Source: Intoshia linei
Taxonomy: Eukaryota; Animalia; Orthonectida
Length of the DNA stretch: 64,000 nucleotides
Reading direction: 5' to 3'
Assembly: GCA_001642005.1 (NCBI GenBank)
Contig: LWCA01000017.1
Location: 1 to 64,000, forward strand
A program made the translations under genes and the position numbers. Below the pieces are notes generated by a model. It was not told the DNA's origin and did no database searches. It saw only the letters and a list, made by a program, of their open reading frames with translations. Positions 38,101-48,687 of this stretch are shown here, piece by piece; positions within the stretch are counted from its first letter, which is position 1; each line of letters opens with the position of its first letter.

Positions 38101-40361
38101 AAATACAGTACAATGATAATTAAATTGAAATAATAAGAATATTGAAATTTTTAATTTTTAAATCAGTTGATCAACATTAAATTTTTATAGCTCTATCCTT
38201 AGTAAGGATTTCTTACTTGGATCAATTACGAGTCACTTTTTTGTATTAGTATCTATTTGTTTGTGTGGAACCATTTATTTAGAAAACTGAGCGTCCAAGA
38301 ATATTAAAAAACAAATTTTAAGTCGTCTTTTGTGACGCAAAAATGTGAGATAAATTTCACTCAGAAATTTTCATCTTCATAATCAAAAATTCTAATTAAC
38401 ATTTTTTTTAAAAAAAAAAACTTTGGAATTCTAGGCAATTAAAGTCTTAAGGGTTAAAAAAGCACTTTAGAATTTTTTAATTTTTTTTTTGCAATAAAGT
38501 AATCTTGAAATTTATTAAAAAAAGTTTAATGTGATGAGTATATTCCATTTGATCTATACCAATGCTTCCCGATTCCAATAGTGTAAGGAGTCCGTACTAC
38601 CGATATCCATTTCAAAATATATTTTTTTTGACCTCAAAGGAAAAATCCTAACTTATATAATATGCTACGCGACTTTTGTTTATGTTTGTGTGTCTCTGTG
38701 TGTGTTCAGCTTTATTTAAATAACTACCCGTCTTAGAATTTATAAAGTTCACATTTCAATTACAGTTTCTTCCGGGGGTGTTTGTAAACATAATTTCAAC
38801 CTCCCAAACTCATATCTTACGGGTCAAAAACTCCAATTGTACCACTTTTTGAAAATCAAACGAGTTGGAGAATTTAAAAAAATTATATATTCAGGGCCAA
38901 AACCCCAAATTACCCTTCTTTTTTTAATGAAAACAGCCCTAGAGTTTCAAAAAAGCATTTTAGTATATATTCCCGATTCAAATAGTGTACGGAGTCCGTA
39001 CTACGGACCCCCATTTCAAAATATTTTATTTTTTAGAGCTCAAAGTAAAAATGAAATATAAAACATTAATGGAAAAATCGTATTTTTCCAAAAAAATATT
39101 GGAAAAGGAGGATTTTCCCCTTAAGGGTTGGTAAAATTGTATTTTTTATTTTGTGGTTTTCAAATGGTATTTTTTAGTAAATTTCATTATGGTTAGATAA
39201 AAGTGGGATTTTCGAAATAATAATGATATTAATAATAATAACAGTCGTCTAGGCTTAGAATAAACACTCAAAATCTGGCAACTTTGAAATAAATATTAAA
39301 AATTCTTCAATAAAAATAAAAAAAAGTTATTTAATAATTTTTTGTATATTTTATTTAAATCTCAGGGACCCCAGACATATACTCTTGGACCCATAGTGGG
39401 TAATACCAATCGGGAACCACTGATTTAGACAAAAATTTTTACATTCGAAATTCAAATATTCAAATTAAGTTAATTTATTTATTAAATTAAATTCAAATTT
39501 AAATTCGAAAAAATTTTAAAAAGTAATGAAATATAACTTTAATCTATTTTTGAAATAATAAAAATTTGAATCTACAATTTAATTAGTTTTCATAGCTAAC
39601 TACTGAGACTACAAAGTAAATGACAGTACCCAACAGTCGAGCTGGTGTGAAGTGCCCAGTAAAATACGTACTATCACATTTAGTTTATTTGGAATAAATT
39701 TTAAGCCGAAAATTTTTATTCGTCATCATAGATAAGTAGTTTTGGCTTTACATTTATCAGCAATAAACTCAAATTGATAGTACGTATTTTTTCTGGCCAC
39801 TTTAGCTTGTGTAATACATGGTATAATTTTATGCTGAAAAAACTAGGATTATTACCTTTAAATAAGGGGCAAATTTTCCATAGCGTTATCTAAATTGATG
39901 TAATTGACAATATTCTAATTATTACGGGACAATTACTAGAAAACTGTCCAAGAGATATTTCTAGTTTAAATAATGGAATTCCACATATTATAAGGAATAT
40001 AAAGTATGGTATAAGGAATGCAGCTAAATGTTTGTTAATATTTAAATTCAAACGAGTTTTGACTTACCGCCTCCATTTTCATAGCATAAATAAGGAAATC
40101 GCCAAATATTACCTTAATTATGATATATTTACAATATTGTATATTCGAAAATTTAGTTAATCAATTAATAAATTATATGTAAGTAGAGTTACCTAACCCT
40201 ACAGCGTACCCAATACATGAAAAAATAAATTGAAACTTGTTGCTCCAATTCTGACGGCTCAATATAGTGCTAGTATTACTAAACAATGCCATTGTACGTC
40301 GTTCAATGGATTTATTTATTTTAAAGCTTTTCTGGTCTTTTGATGCACACAGAGTTGGCAT
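32116..40361 (-). CDS. SLC6 sodium:neurotransmitter symporter of the amino-acid/GABA/glycine type
   Basis: RQNWSNKFQFIFSCIGYAVGLGN|IWRFPYLCYENGG|AAFLIPY, VKGVQYSGK, TATLPYVI, VWITAAHQMIFNLGTGL|GAVITYSSYNKFHNN, GLIFIAFPAVMSQL, WSVMFFFTILLIGMDSQ. It has Gly at the TM1 position where monoamine transporters have Asp. The last exon (32116-32275) is tentative, and the gene spans gap N37045. Confidence 0.9.
34310..35086 (+). mobile_element. Non-autonomous Helitron with intact 3' end (probably a chimaera of two copies)
   Basis: Ends ctgtttgtac-gta-gtacattacag (hairpin) tcaacCTAG|t at 35086, with an internal ~52-bp duplication at 34797-34902. Equivalent 3' ends occur at ~12914, ~30727 (CTGG) and ~32876. 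Confidence 0.8.
35101..35813 (-). CDS. Nova/Pasilla-like KH RNA-binding protein; only KH1 and KH2 visible
   Basis: MKILIPHFAAGAIIGKGGDVITQMQK..MSRNKDLFP|GENERYMLLFG and LKILIPNHTAGLIIGSKGESVLRIKEISGAEISIS..PEKILTLL|GTLEERINAATLIL align with Nova KH1 and KH2; both GxxG loops are intact. Confidence 0.8.
36783..37044 (+). mobile_element. Helitron 5' part ending at gap N37045; it continues at 44245-44580
   Basis: Starts a|TCctaacttatataatatgctacgc; the last 126 bp are identical to 44245-44370. Confidence 0.8.
38560..39422. mobile_element. hAT MITE (family of 2339-2854) containing a Helitron 5' fragment (38646-~38960)
   Basis: Ends caatgcttcccgatt / aatcgggaaccactg; TSD atcTAtac / attTAgac. The left-end ~80 bp is repeated again at ~38970-39050. 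Confidence 0.65.
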
Positions 40362-40608
40362 ATTGAGTGGATTATATTAGGTTTATTTTATTAGATATGA
40401 AAAATGTACAATTAAATAAATGCAATTTTTTGAATGGCACATGTTTCAGTACTATTCATACATTCATTATTTCACCTCGTCGTGTCAAATCAACAAGTTT
40501 TATTAAATCTGACGTAAATATAATTATAATTATAATTATAATTGTTATTTCATAGTCGTATGTCGTGAAGGGCATTTTATATATTATTAAAATTGCTGTT
40601 ATGTACTA

Positions 40609-42572
40609 CAGTCGATTTTATTTAATTTAAAATACATAATATTAAAATTCACTTTGTTTTAAACAAAATAATTTTGCTTCATAGTGTTTCTATGTAAAAA
40701 AAGTACATAATATTAAAATGTTCTTAATTTTAAAAAACGCAATGTTAATATTTTCATACAAATTGATACTGTTTGTTTTTTGAATTTTAAAATTAAATTA
40801 TATTGATTATAAAAGTAATTATTTTAAGGTAATAATTTGTGTATATATGATATATCATATTTCTTTTAGACGTATGTCTCCGAAAAGATCATTTAAGTGT
40901 CTTGATTTACAAAAAAAGATAATTATTATTGAAAAAGTTGAAAATGGCCAAAAAAATCGAAGATTGCCGAAGTATACGGAGTAACTCCTGCATGTATCAC
41001 ATATATCATGAAGAATAAGAATCAAATTGCTGAGAGGGTTAATTCTCTTACTCCAAAGGCATTAAAATCAATTAAAATTAGGACAGTCAAAAACGACAAA
41101 CTTGAAAAGGCAGTTTTGATATTTTTTGACAATTCACGACAAAATAACATACCTATTTCAGGGTGTCTAATGAAACAGAAGGGATTACTGTATGCAAAAA
41201 TAATGGGAATTATCAATTATTCTGCCAGTGATGGATGGTTAACGAAATTCAAAAGACGCAATTCAATATCTTTTAAACAAATTTGCGGCGAAAGAAAGTC
41301 TGTAAATATGGATTTGGTGAATGACTGGAAACAAAATGTTTTAAATTCAATCATTCAAGGTTACACTGATGAAAACATCTTTAATGCTGATGAATTCGCA
41401 CTGTACTATGAGTGTATGCCCGACAAAACTTTTAAATTTACCAATACCATATGTTTTGGAACAAAAGCCAGTAAACAACTTATTACAGTTATGGCATGTT
41501 GTAATATGACACTAATAAATAACTTATAAAAAGAAAATGTTCATTATTGGGAAATTTCAAAGACCCAGATGTTTAAAGAACATTGTATCAATACCTGTTG
41601 AATATACAGCCAATAACAAAGGTTGGATGACCCAAGTTTTGTTTAATCAATGGCTGTCGAATTTTAACAAAGATTTAGCTATTAAAAAACGGAAAATTAT
41701 ACTTTTTATTGATAACTGCACATCACACATTGTTAAGGACCCACTATTGTATCACTTTATTAAGGTAGTATTTCTACCAAAGAATACTACTTCAATGTTG
41801 CAACCTCTAGATATAGGTATAATAAAAAATATCAAATACTATTATCGTGATTTTTTGGTCCAGAAAAGAGTTACATAAATCGAAGAAGGCAGACTGTTTA
41901 GTAAAATAAACCTTTTTGAATGTTTTTCAATTTTAAATAATGTATGGAATCAGTGTGTTAAAACAACTACTATTCTAAATTGCTACATTGAGGCTGAATT
42001 TAAATTGAATAATATTTCACCATCGATTCATGTGGAAAATAACGAACCCTTTCTAAATAATTGGAATAAATTAATAAATATTTGTGAAATTGATATTAAA
42101 AATAAATGTTTATACAGTCTCTCTTAATTAATATATAAGACAAAATTAATATCATGACAAATATTTTTGAGATTTTAAGAATGAGATATATCATTACACA
42201 AATCTAAATACAGTTTTTGAATAAATCGACAAAACTTAAATGGTGTATTTTTTTTAAAATATATCAAAAACTTGAAAATTTGATTCTGTTTCAGCATTTT
42301 ATAATTATTATTTATTTGGTGTAAATTTCATAATACAGGTGTAAATACTTAATTAACTATTCTATCGGACTAATTCATCAAAAGGCATATATTTTATAAT
42401 ATCTCTTTAGAAAAACAAAACATCGAAAGGTTCCATATAAAGTTTATAATAATATGCCAACTATCGAATCACCTTTAAAATCAACTATAATTTACTGATA
42501 AAATAAATGCTTATATTAAAATGTTCCTTAATTTAAACAAAATTCAATTTTTAAAATAGAGAGAATCGACTG
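40609..42572 (+). mobile_element. Tigger/pogo DNA transposon, full length but decayed (DD32D)
   Basis: TA|cagtcgattttatttaattt ... aaaatagagagaatcgactg|TA. The transposase runs from ATG 40874 (psq-HTH) through the CENP-B HTH ASDGWLTKFKRR and NADE / IDN / QPLD, with 32 residues between the last two Asp; it has two frame disruptions and a stop at 41876. Confidence 0.92.
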
Positions 42573-42574
42573 TA

Positions 42575-43310
42575 TATACAAACAGCAGCTAGCTCTGCCG
42601 ACGGCCACGTTTTAATTTATTGAACAATGAGTGTATGATCTTAAAAACAATTTTGATTTTAATCGAAACATTTGGAAAATATTGGTTGATAATATATTAA
42701 AAAGTATTTTTCACCGGGAATGCGTAGATTTCTGGGGTTGAAATTATGTATGTATGTATATCAACTGGAATAAGCCCCATCAGAATAATCTTTTTTTAAA
42801 TTATCGGACCGTTAATTATTTAAAATTTTCTGTTTTAATTAATTAAATATTTCGGAAAAAAAATATATAAATACTAAAATGCTTTTTTGACCACGAAGTC
42901 GTCATTTATTCGAATTTAAATTTTTTGTGTGTGTTAACAGGATACAACTGTACCACCTGTAAAATTGTTTAAATTCTAGGGCTGTTTTCATAAAAAAGGG
43001 GTAATTTGGGGTTTTGGCCCTGAAGATATAATTTTTTTAAATTTATGATAATGTTTATAATTTTAAAATCTGTATCAGAGTATATATTTTTTGAAATTCT
43101 CCAACTCGTTTGATTTTCTAAAAAAAGGACAATTGTGCTTTTTGACCCGTAATATATGAGTTTGGGAGGTAGAAATTTATTTTGCTAACACCTCCAGAAA
43201 AAACTGTAACTGAAATGTGGACTTTATAAAATTCTAAGACGGGTAGTTATTGAAATAAACGGTAACACACATACAAACAAATATTGCATAGCATATTATA
43301 TAAGTAAGGA
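42575..43310 (-). mobile_element. Near full-length non-autonomous Helitron whose 3' hairpin is interrupted by the Tigger
   Basis: 5' TC at 43310-43309 is preceded by A; the 3' region gtcggcagagctagctgctgtttgtata runs into the Tigger TA and resumes at 40608-40594. Confidence 0.85.
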
Positions 43311-43325
43311 TTTTATAGTAATCTA

Positions 43326-44243
43326 CAGTGCCGTGCAAAATAAACTGGCATTTGTTAAAAAATATTACTTCTTCATAAACAATGATTAAATTCAAAAATA
43401 TTAAATAATATTTAAAATATAATAATAAAAATTACTCGTACATCCAAATGAGGAGATTTATTTAAGTGAATACTGGAATTGATGCACAATTTTTTAATTG
43501 AAATACAGGAAATTTAAAAATGATAATAAATTTATTAAAATAAAACTGTCGTGCAAAATAAACTGGCATGTAAATTAAAATTTACATAAATTATAATAAA
43601 ATGTTGAAATTGTGACCATCAATTATATACAATCAAATAAAATAAATTAATACTTTGTAGAAGCTCCTTTACATTTTATTACTGAATTTATTCTTCGACG
43701 TATGGATTCATATTAATTTTTCATTATGGAAAATTCAATATTAATCCATTCTTCAACAACGATATCCCACAACCTGGTAAAATTTTGGGGGCTCTTTTAG
43801 ACACGTTCCTCTTTGATATGAACCACATATTTTCAATAATATTCAAATCTGGACTTTGACTGGGTCAATTATACAACTTCTCAATATTATTGGTACGTAT
43901 AAAATCTTTGGTGGAGCGAGAACGATGACAAGGAGCACCATCTTGCTGTAGTATCATATTGGGCTCATAAATATCCCCCAATTTCGATCTTAATATTCGT
44001 TGATACTCCTCGGAGTTTACATTGCTCCGGTATAATTCAATTACCCTTGATCCATCAAATTTAATTGCACCCCACACCATTATCGATTTCGAAAATTTTT
44101 GTGATTGAGTGACATATTTGTCGTTATACCTTGAATCTGGTGGTCTACGAACATTTCTCATGTTTTTTCTAGACAAACAAATCTTTGATTCATCACTAAA
44201 TACAACTTTGTTCCAATAATCGATATTTTTGTTTTTTTTTAAT
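43326..44243 (-). mobile_element. Tc1-like transposon, 3' half (DD35E, IR/DR-type end), truncated by gap N44244
   Basis: TA|cagtgccgtgcaaaataaactggca with an inner repeat gtcgtgcaaaataaactggca at ~43548. Translation WNKVVFSDES..IMVWGAI..QQDGAPCH..N*PSQSPDLNIIENMW..IKCKGASTKY*. Confidence 0.9.
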
Positions 44244-45071
44244 NTTACATATTTTTAAATAATAATAAATAAATTAATTAAATTAAATAAATTTTCCCAA
44301 ACTCACATCTTACGGATCAAAAACCCCAATTGTCTCTCTTTTTGAAAATCAAACGAGTTGGAAAATTTAAAAATATATATACGGTGATACGGATTTTAAA
44401 ATCATAAAAGTTACCATGAACTTAAATTTAAAAAAATATCTTCAGGACCAAAACCCCAAATTACCCTTCTTTTTTTAATGAAAACAGCCTTAGAATTTAC
44501 AGGGTGTACAGTTGTATCCTATTAACATACTTAAAAAATTTCAATCCGAATAAGTGACAACTTCACGGTCAAAAATGCAAAATAATATTAATAATAAATG
44601 ATCGATAATAAATAATATCTTAATTTACAGTGTACGACAGCTATTATAATCGGAAAAATATTTGTACGTATACAGGTTATTATTATCATACAAAAATTTC
44701 CTGTGGATCATCTTGGTAACGACTGGTTTAAGGGAAAAATTTTACCAAACCTGACAAGAAAAACCTCTTAATCCAACCCTATAAGAAAAAATTAGGGTTG
44801 GCAATCAATAAATATTAACGGGTAAATTACTGGTAAAAATATTTGTATCGCTAAATTTTATTTAAAATTTATAATGGTAAATCCTTACTTTTATAAAGTA
44901 ATTTGGTTAAAAATGTATGTGTTTAATTATTTGTTTGTTTGTTGATTATTTGTTCCAGTTTATTTAAGAAAGTAAAAGGGGTCGAGAGCCATGAAAAAAC
45001 TAAAAATAAAATATCAGCATGAGGAAAATACAACGTAATAATGAATTTAAAAATTCAAATATAATTATCAG

Positions 45072-46247
45072 GTGAACGCAGCATTGATAGATAAAATATA
45101 TTGCGACAAACAATTAATTATCGAGGAAGGACATCGTCAAATAATACAGAAACTGTGGGACGATGCAGGGGTTCAATCGTGTTATGAACGACGTCGAGAA
45201 TACCATTTAAATGACTCGTGTAAATAGTAATAAATGTTTAAATTTATTTTGAATTTTTTTAGTTATTTGAGTGCCTTAGACAGACTTTGTACAGATAACT
45301 ACACTCCATCCACGCAAGACATATTAAGGGCTAGAACTGGGACGACTTGGATATTAGAATATAATTTTAACGTTAAAGGCATGAATTGCACCATGGTAGA
45401 CGTGGGAAAACAGCGAAGTGAACGAAGGAAATGAATTCATTGTTTTCAAAATGTAACGTCCATTTTGTTTCTGGTGGCTATAAGTGAGTATGATTAAGTT
45501 TTGGTTAAAAAAGATAATGAGGTTAATATTTTAATGAAATGTTTCCATCCTAAGTTAACTCTTCAAATCAAATATGCTTAACTTTTTTGGGTAATGTATT
45601 TCCTGTTTTATTTTTACAATTAACAGTTTATTTTGTTAAAAAATGAATCCTTTTAAAATTTTAAAGGTAAAAGTGGACAATCAAATGTAAGGATATGAAA
45701 ATATAGATTTTTTCATTGACCGCGATGATTGAAATCATTTTCAAATTTTACATTTAATTTTGTAAATAGATCATAAGAATAAATGTAGTTACACTATTCT
45801 TGCTGTCGATTTTTTAGGGGATAGGCTGAAAATTAGATCCATAATTATAATAGATGATGTTTATTGTCAATTTAATAATTTATGGTGCATAATAATTATA
45901 ATAATTTTCTAACCACTTTTTTTACTGTTGTGCATTGCACGCATTTTTTTTATTATTGATATTTTAGAATAGAATGATTGAATCAATTGGTTTTTTTTTA
46001 ACACCATTATTCATTATGATTTTTTTGAACATTCGTCCATAATTTTATTTTTAAACAAAGTCGATTTACTCGACGAACAAATTCAAATGAGCAACGTGGT
46101 TGACTATTTTAAAAATTTTACTGGTAAAATATAAAATTTAAGCAAATCAATTGATTTAGGAGACTCTTATAATATAGATGCAGCTAAGGGATTCATTCAA
46201 AATATGTATATTAGCCAAAATGATAACTGTACATTCTATCCATTTTT
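45072..46247 (+). pseudogene. GNAQ: Unprocessed, truncated G-protein alpha q-like pseudogene
   Basis: Exons 45072-45226, 45263-45521, 45968-46123 and 46160-~46247: CYERRREYHLNDSCKY|[48 protein letters not shown]|NRMIES..SSIILFLNKVDLL. Stops at 45432 and 45495, a frameshift in the T-run near 45992; the P-loop exons and the C-terminus are absent. Confidence 0.85.
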
Positions 46248-46974
46248 ATCCCACCATTAATAAGATTTAATCAAAAATGTCATTTAAACCCCACTGGGAA
46301 AAATCGACTTTTACCAACCCAAATTAAGAGAATATCCGATTTGACCATATCCTTTGCGCAACAACCTCTTAATCCAAAACCCAAAATAAAAAATCCAATT
46401 TTAATACCTAACTGAAGACAAAAAAAATCTCCTTTTTCCAATATTTTTTTCAAAAATCCGATTTGACAAAATCTTATGATCAACAACTTCTTAATCCAAA
46501 ACCCAAAATAAAAAATAAATTTAACCAACCTATATTAAGGGAAAAATCACCTTTTTCTAATATTTTTTTGAAAAACGCGATTTTACCAAATCTTTTGAGA
46601 AATAACCTTTCATTTTTTCATAAATGTTATACATGTCCTGTTTCCTTGGTGTCTAAAAATACAAATATGTTGAAATATGGACCGTAAACTATCCGTACCC
46701 TATTTAATCGGTAAACAATTATTTGTTTACTTTATACCAGAAAATAATTTCCACTATTGACATTATAGAAATAACAACATTTCAATTTTTACAAAATTTA
46801 TTATATCACCACTAAAATATTTTTAATTTTGCCTATCAATTGAATATACAGTAGTTTCTCATTACATCAAGCGTTAATTCCAATAAACCTGCCACAGTGA
46901 CTAATTTCAAGAAAACTTTACCGTATTAAAAAACAAATTTACATAATTGTAATTATTATAGTGTACGTAATTAA

Positions 46975-48498
46975 ATGTCTCTGGAAAATGAATATTTGTT
47001 ATATGAAAATTCAGATAATGATGAAAACTCTACCGCCGATATGAAACACGATACAATGGGAAAAAGTATAGATGGAAGTCAAGATGATTCAACTGTAATT
47101 ATAAAATTACCATTTATATTGGGACCATGCTGTCGATATTTGGTTGGAATATTAATTGCAATATTATGCACGGGTTCATATTTTAGTTATGATTCACCCG
47201 GCTCTATGAGTAAACACTTGGCAGAGTACCCTCTTGAAATTGAAAATGACAAATTCATGCTACTTTATTCTCTTTATTCGTGGCCTAACGTCATAATGTC
47301 CTTTATTGGAGGTTTCTTAGTGGACAGAGTACTTGGCCTACGGTTGGGAGCTTGTATATTCATATTTCTAGTGTCAATCGGGCACGCATTAGTAGTTGCT
47401 GGTTTGTTTATGAACAAATTTTGGATCATGTGCCTTGGCAGATTTATATTTGGACTTGGTGGCGAATCTCTACAAGTCACCCAAAACAGTTATGTAGTCA
47501 AATGGTTTGAAAAACACGGTGAATTAAACACGGTATTTGGCTGTATGCTAAGTTTAGCTAGACTGGGCTCTTCCATGAGTCTCATCATCCTTCCGTCAAT
47601 ATACAAATCTCTGAGTAAATACCATCTATCCAATACAGTAAAATTAGGATTGACATTCTCGGTCGCATTACTATTTTGTTGTGTATGCTTCATCGTTTCC
47701 ATTCTATTGATGCATATTGATAAAAAAAAGGAAGTTGCTGAAAAGATATTTCAAAAAAGCGTAGTAAAGCATACGAATGGTACATACGGAACATTTGATC
47801 AGGATCAAACTGACACTACTGAAAATACTAAAAAGATTCGAATTTATGATATCAAAAACTTTTGTCTATCTTTCTATCTCATTACATTGATAATTGTATT
47901 ATACTATTTGGCAGCATTTCCATTTGTATCTATCGCAAGTTCATTTATACAACGAAAATACGAATATGATGATATAACAGCTGGACAGATAGTAGGTGTT
48001 ATTTATATTGCTTCCGGATTAATATCTCCCTTTATTGGGATACTTATAGATAAAGTTGGTTATAATATTTATTGGGTTCAATTTGGTATTATGCTTACTC
48101 TATTAGTGCATATTTTATTTTGTTTTACGTTTACTCCCCCAATTATACAAATGTTGATAATGTCAATTGGTTTCTCTATTGTATCCAGTGCACTATGGCC
48201 CATGATTGCAATGACAGTTGATAAGAATTACTTGTCTACTGCTTTTGGTTTAACACAATCAGCTCAAAATCTGGGCCTAGCAATTTTTACAATAGTAATT
48301 GGTTACATTTCAAAAATATTTGGCTACTTTTTATCCGAAGTTATATTTGTTACTGTTGTATGTTGTGCCCTTTTAGTTAGTCTATTTTTGTATATCGAAG
48401 ATTTGAAACAAGGAGAACAGCTCAACATGTCCAAGAAAAAACATATAAATATACAGATAGCCAAAGAACTTATTAACGAATCCACCGAAATTTTGTAA
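46975..48498 (+). CDS. MFSD1: MFSD1-like lysosomal MFS transporter, single exon, 507 aa
   Basis: GSYFSYDSPG, LLYSLYSWPNVIMSFIGGFLVDRVLGLR, GRFIFGLGGESL..QNSY.V.WF and ALWP..TAFGLTQSAQNLGLA are MFSD1 hallmarks; ~12 hydrophobic segments; N-terminal ExxxLL (ENEYLL). Confidence 0.93.
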   Translation: MSLENEYLLYENSDNDENSTADMKHDTMGKSIDGSQDDSTVIIKLPFILGPCCRYLVGILIAILCTGSYFSYDSPGSMSKHLAEYPLEIENDKFMLLYSLYSWPNVIMSFIGGFLVDRVLGLRLGACIFIFLVSIGHALVVAGLFMNKFWIMCLGRFIFGLGGESLQVTQNSYVVKWFEKHGELNTVFGCMLSLARLGSSMSLIILPSIYKSLSKYHLSNTVKLGLTFSVALLFCCVCFIVSILLMHIDKKKEVAEKIFQKSVVKHTNGTYGTFDQDQTDTTENTKKIRIYDIKNFCLSFYLITLIIVLYYLAAFPFVSIASSFIQRKYEYDDITAGQIVGVIYIASGLISPFIGILIDKVGYNIYWVQFGIMLTLLVHILFCFTFTPPIIQMLIMSIGFSIVSSALWPMIAMTVDKNYLSTAFGLTQSAQNLGLAIFTIVIGYISKIFGYFLSEVIFVTVVCCALLVSLFLYIEDLKQGEQLNMSKKKHINIQIAKELINESTEIL

Positions 48499-48687
48499 AA
48501 CTATGTTAAATCTATTAAAATTTTTCTATTCTTGTGCTTATCAAGGTGGGTTCCGGTGTAGTTGGGGGTTTTGCGAAATTTTCAAATCTACTAGATTTTG
48601 AACTTTACCATTTATTTCGTCAGTGGTAGAAATGAAAAGGCAATATTAGTGATATGAAAGATTAATATTAAAAAATATAAGAATGGT

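Noticed and set aside
43865-45497. Alternative genetic code (TGA=Trp, TAA=Gln), suggested by stops at conserved W/Q positions in the Tc1 (43865) and Galpha-q (45432, 45495)
   Set aside because: Both sequences also carry frameshifts or other lesions. Intact genes use TGG for Trp and end in TAA or TGA, and the changes are single G>A / C>T transitions expected from AT-biased decay.
47274-47702. Antisense or alternative-frame ORFs overlapping real genes (also 573, 5996, 21497, 21641, 22859, 41022, 55117, 62482)
   Set aside because: Shadow ORFs of the MFSD1, TTC12-like, RhoGAP, transposase and convertase coding sequences.
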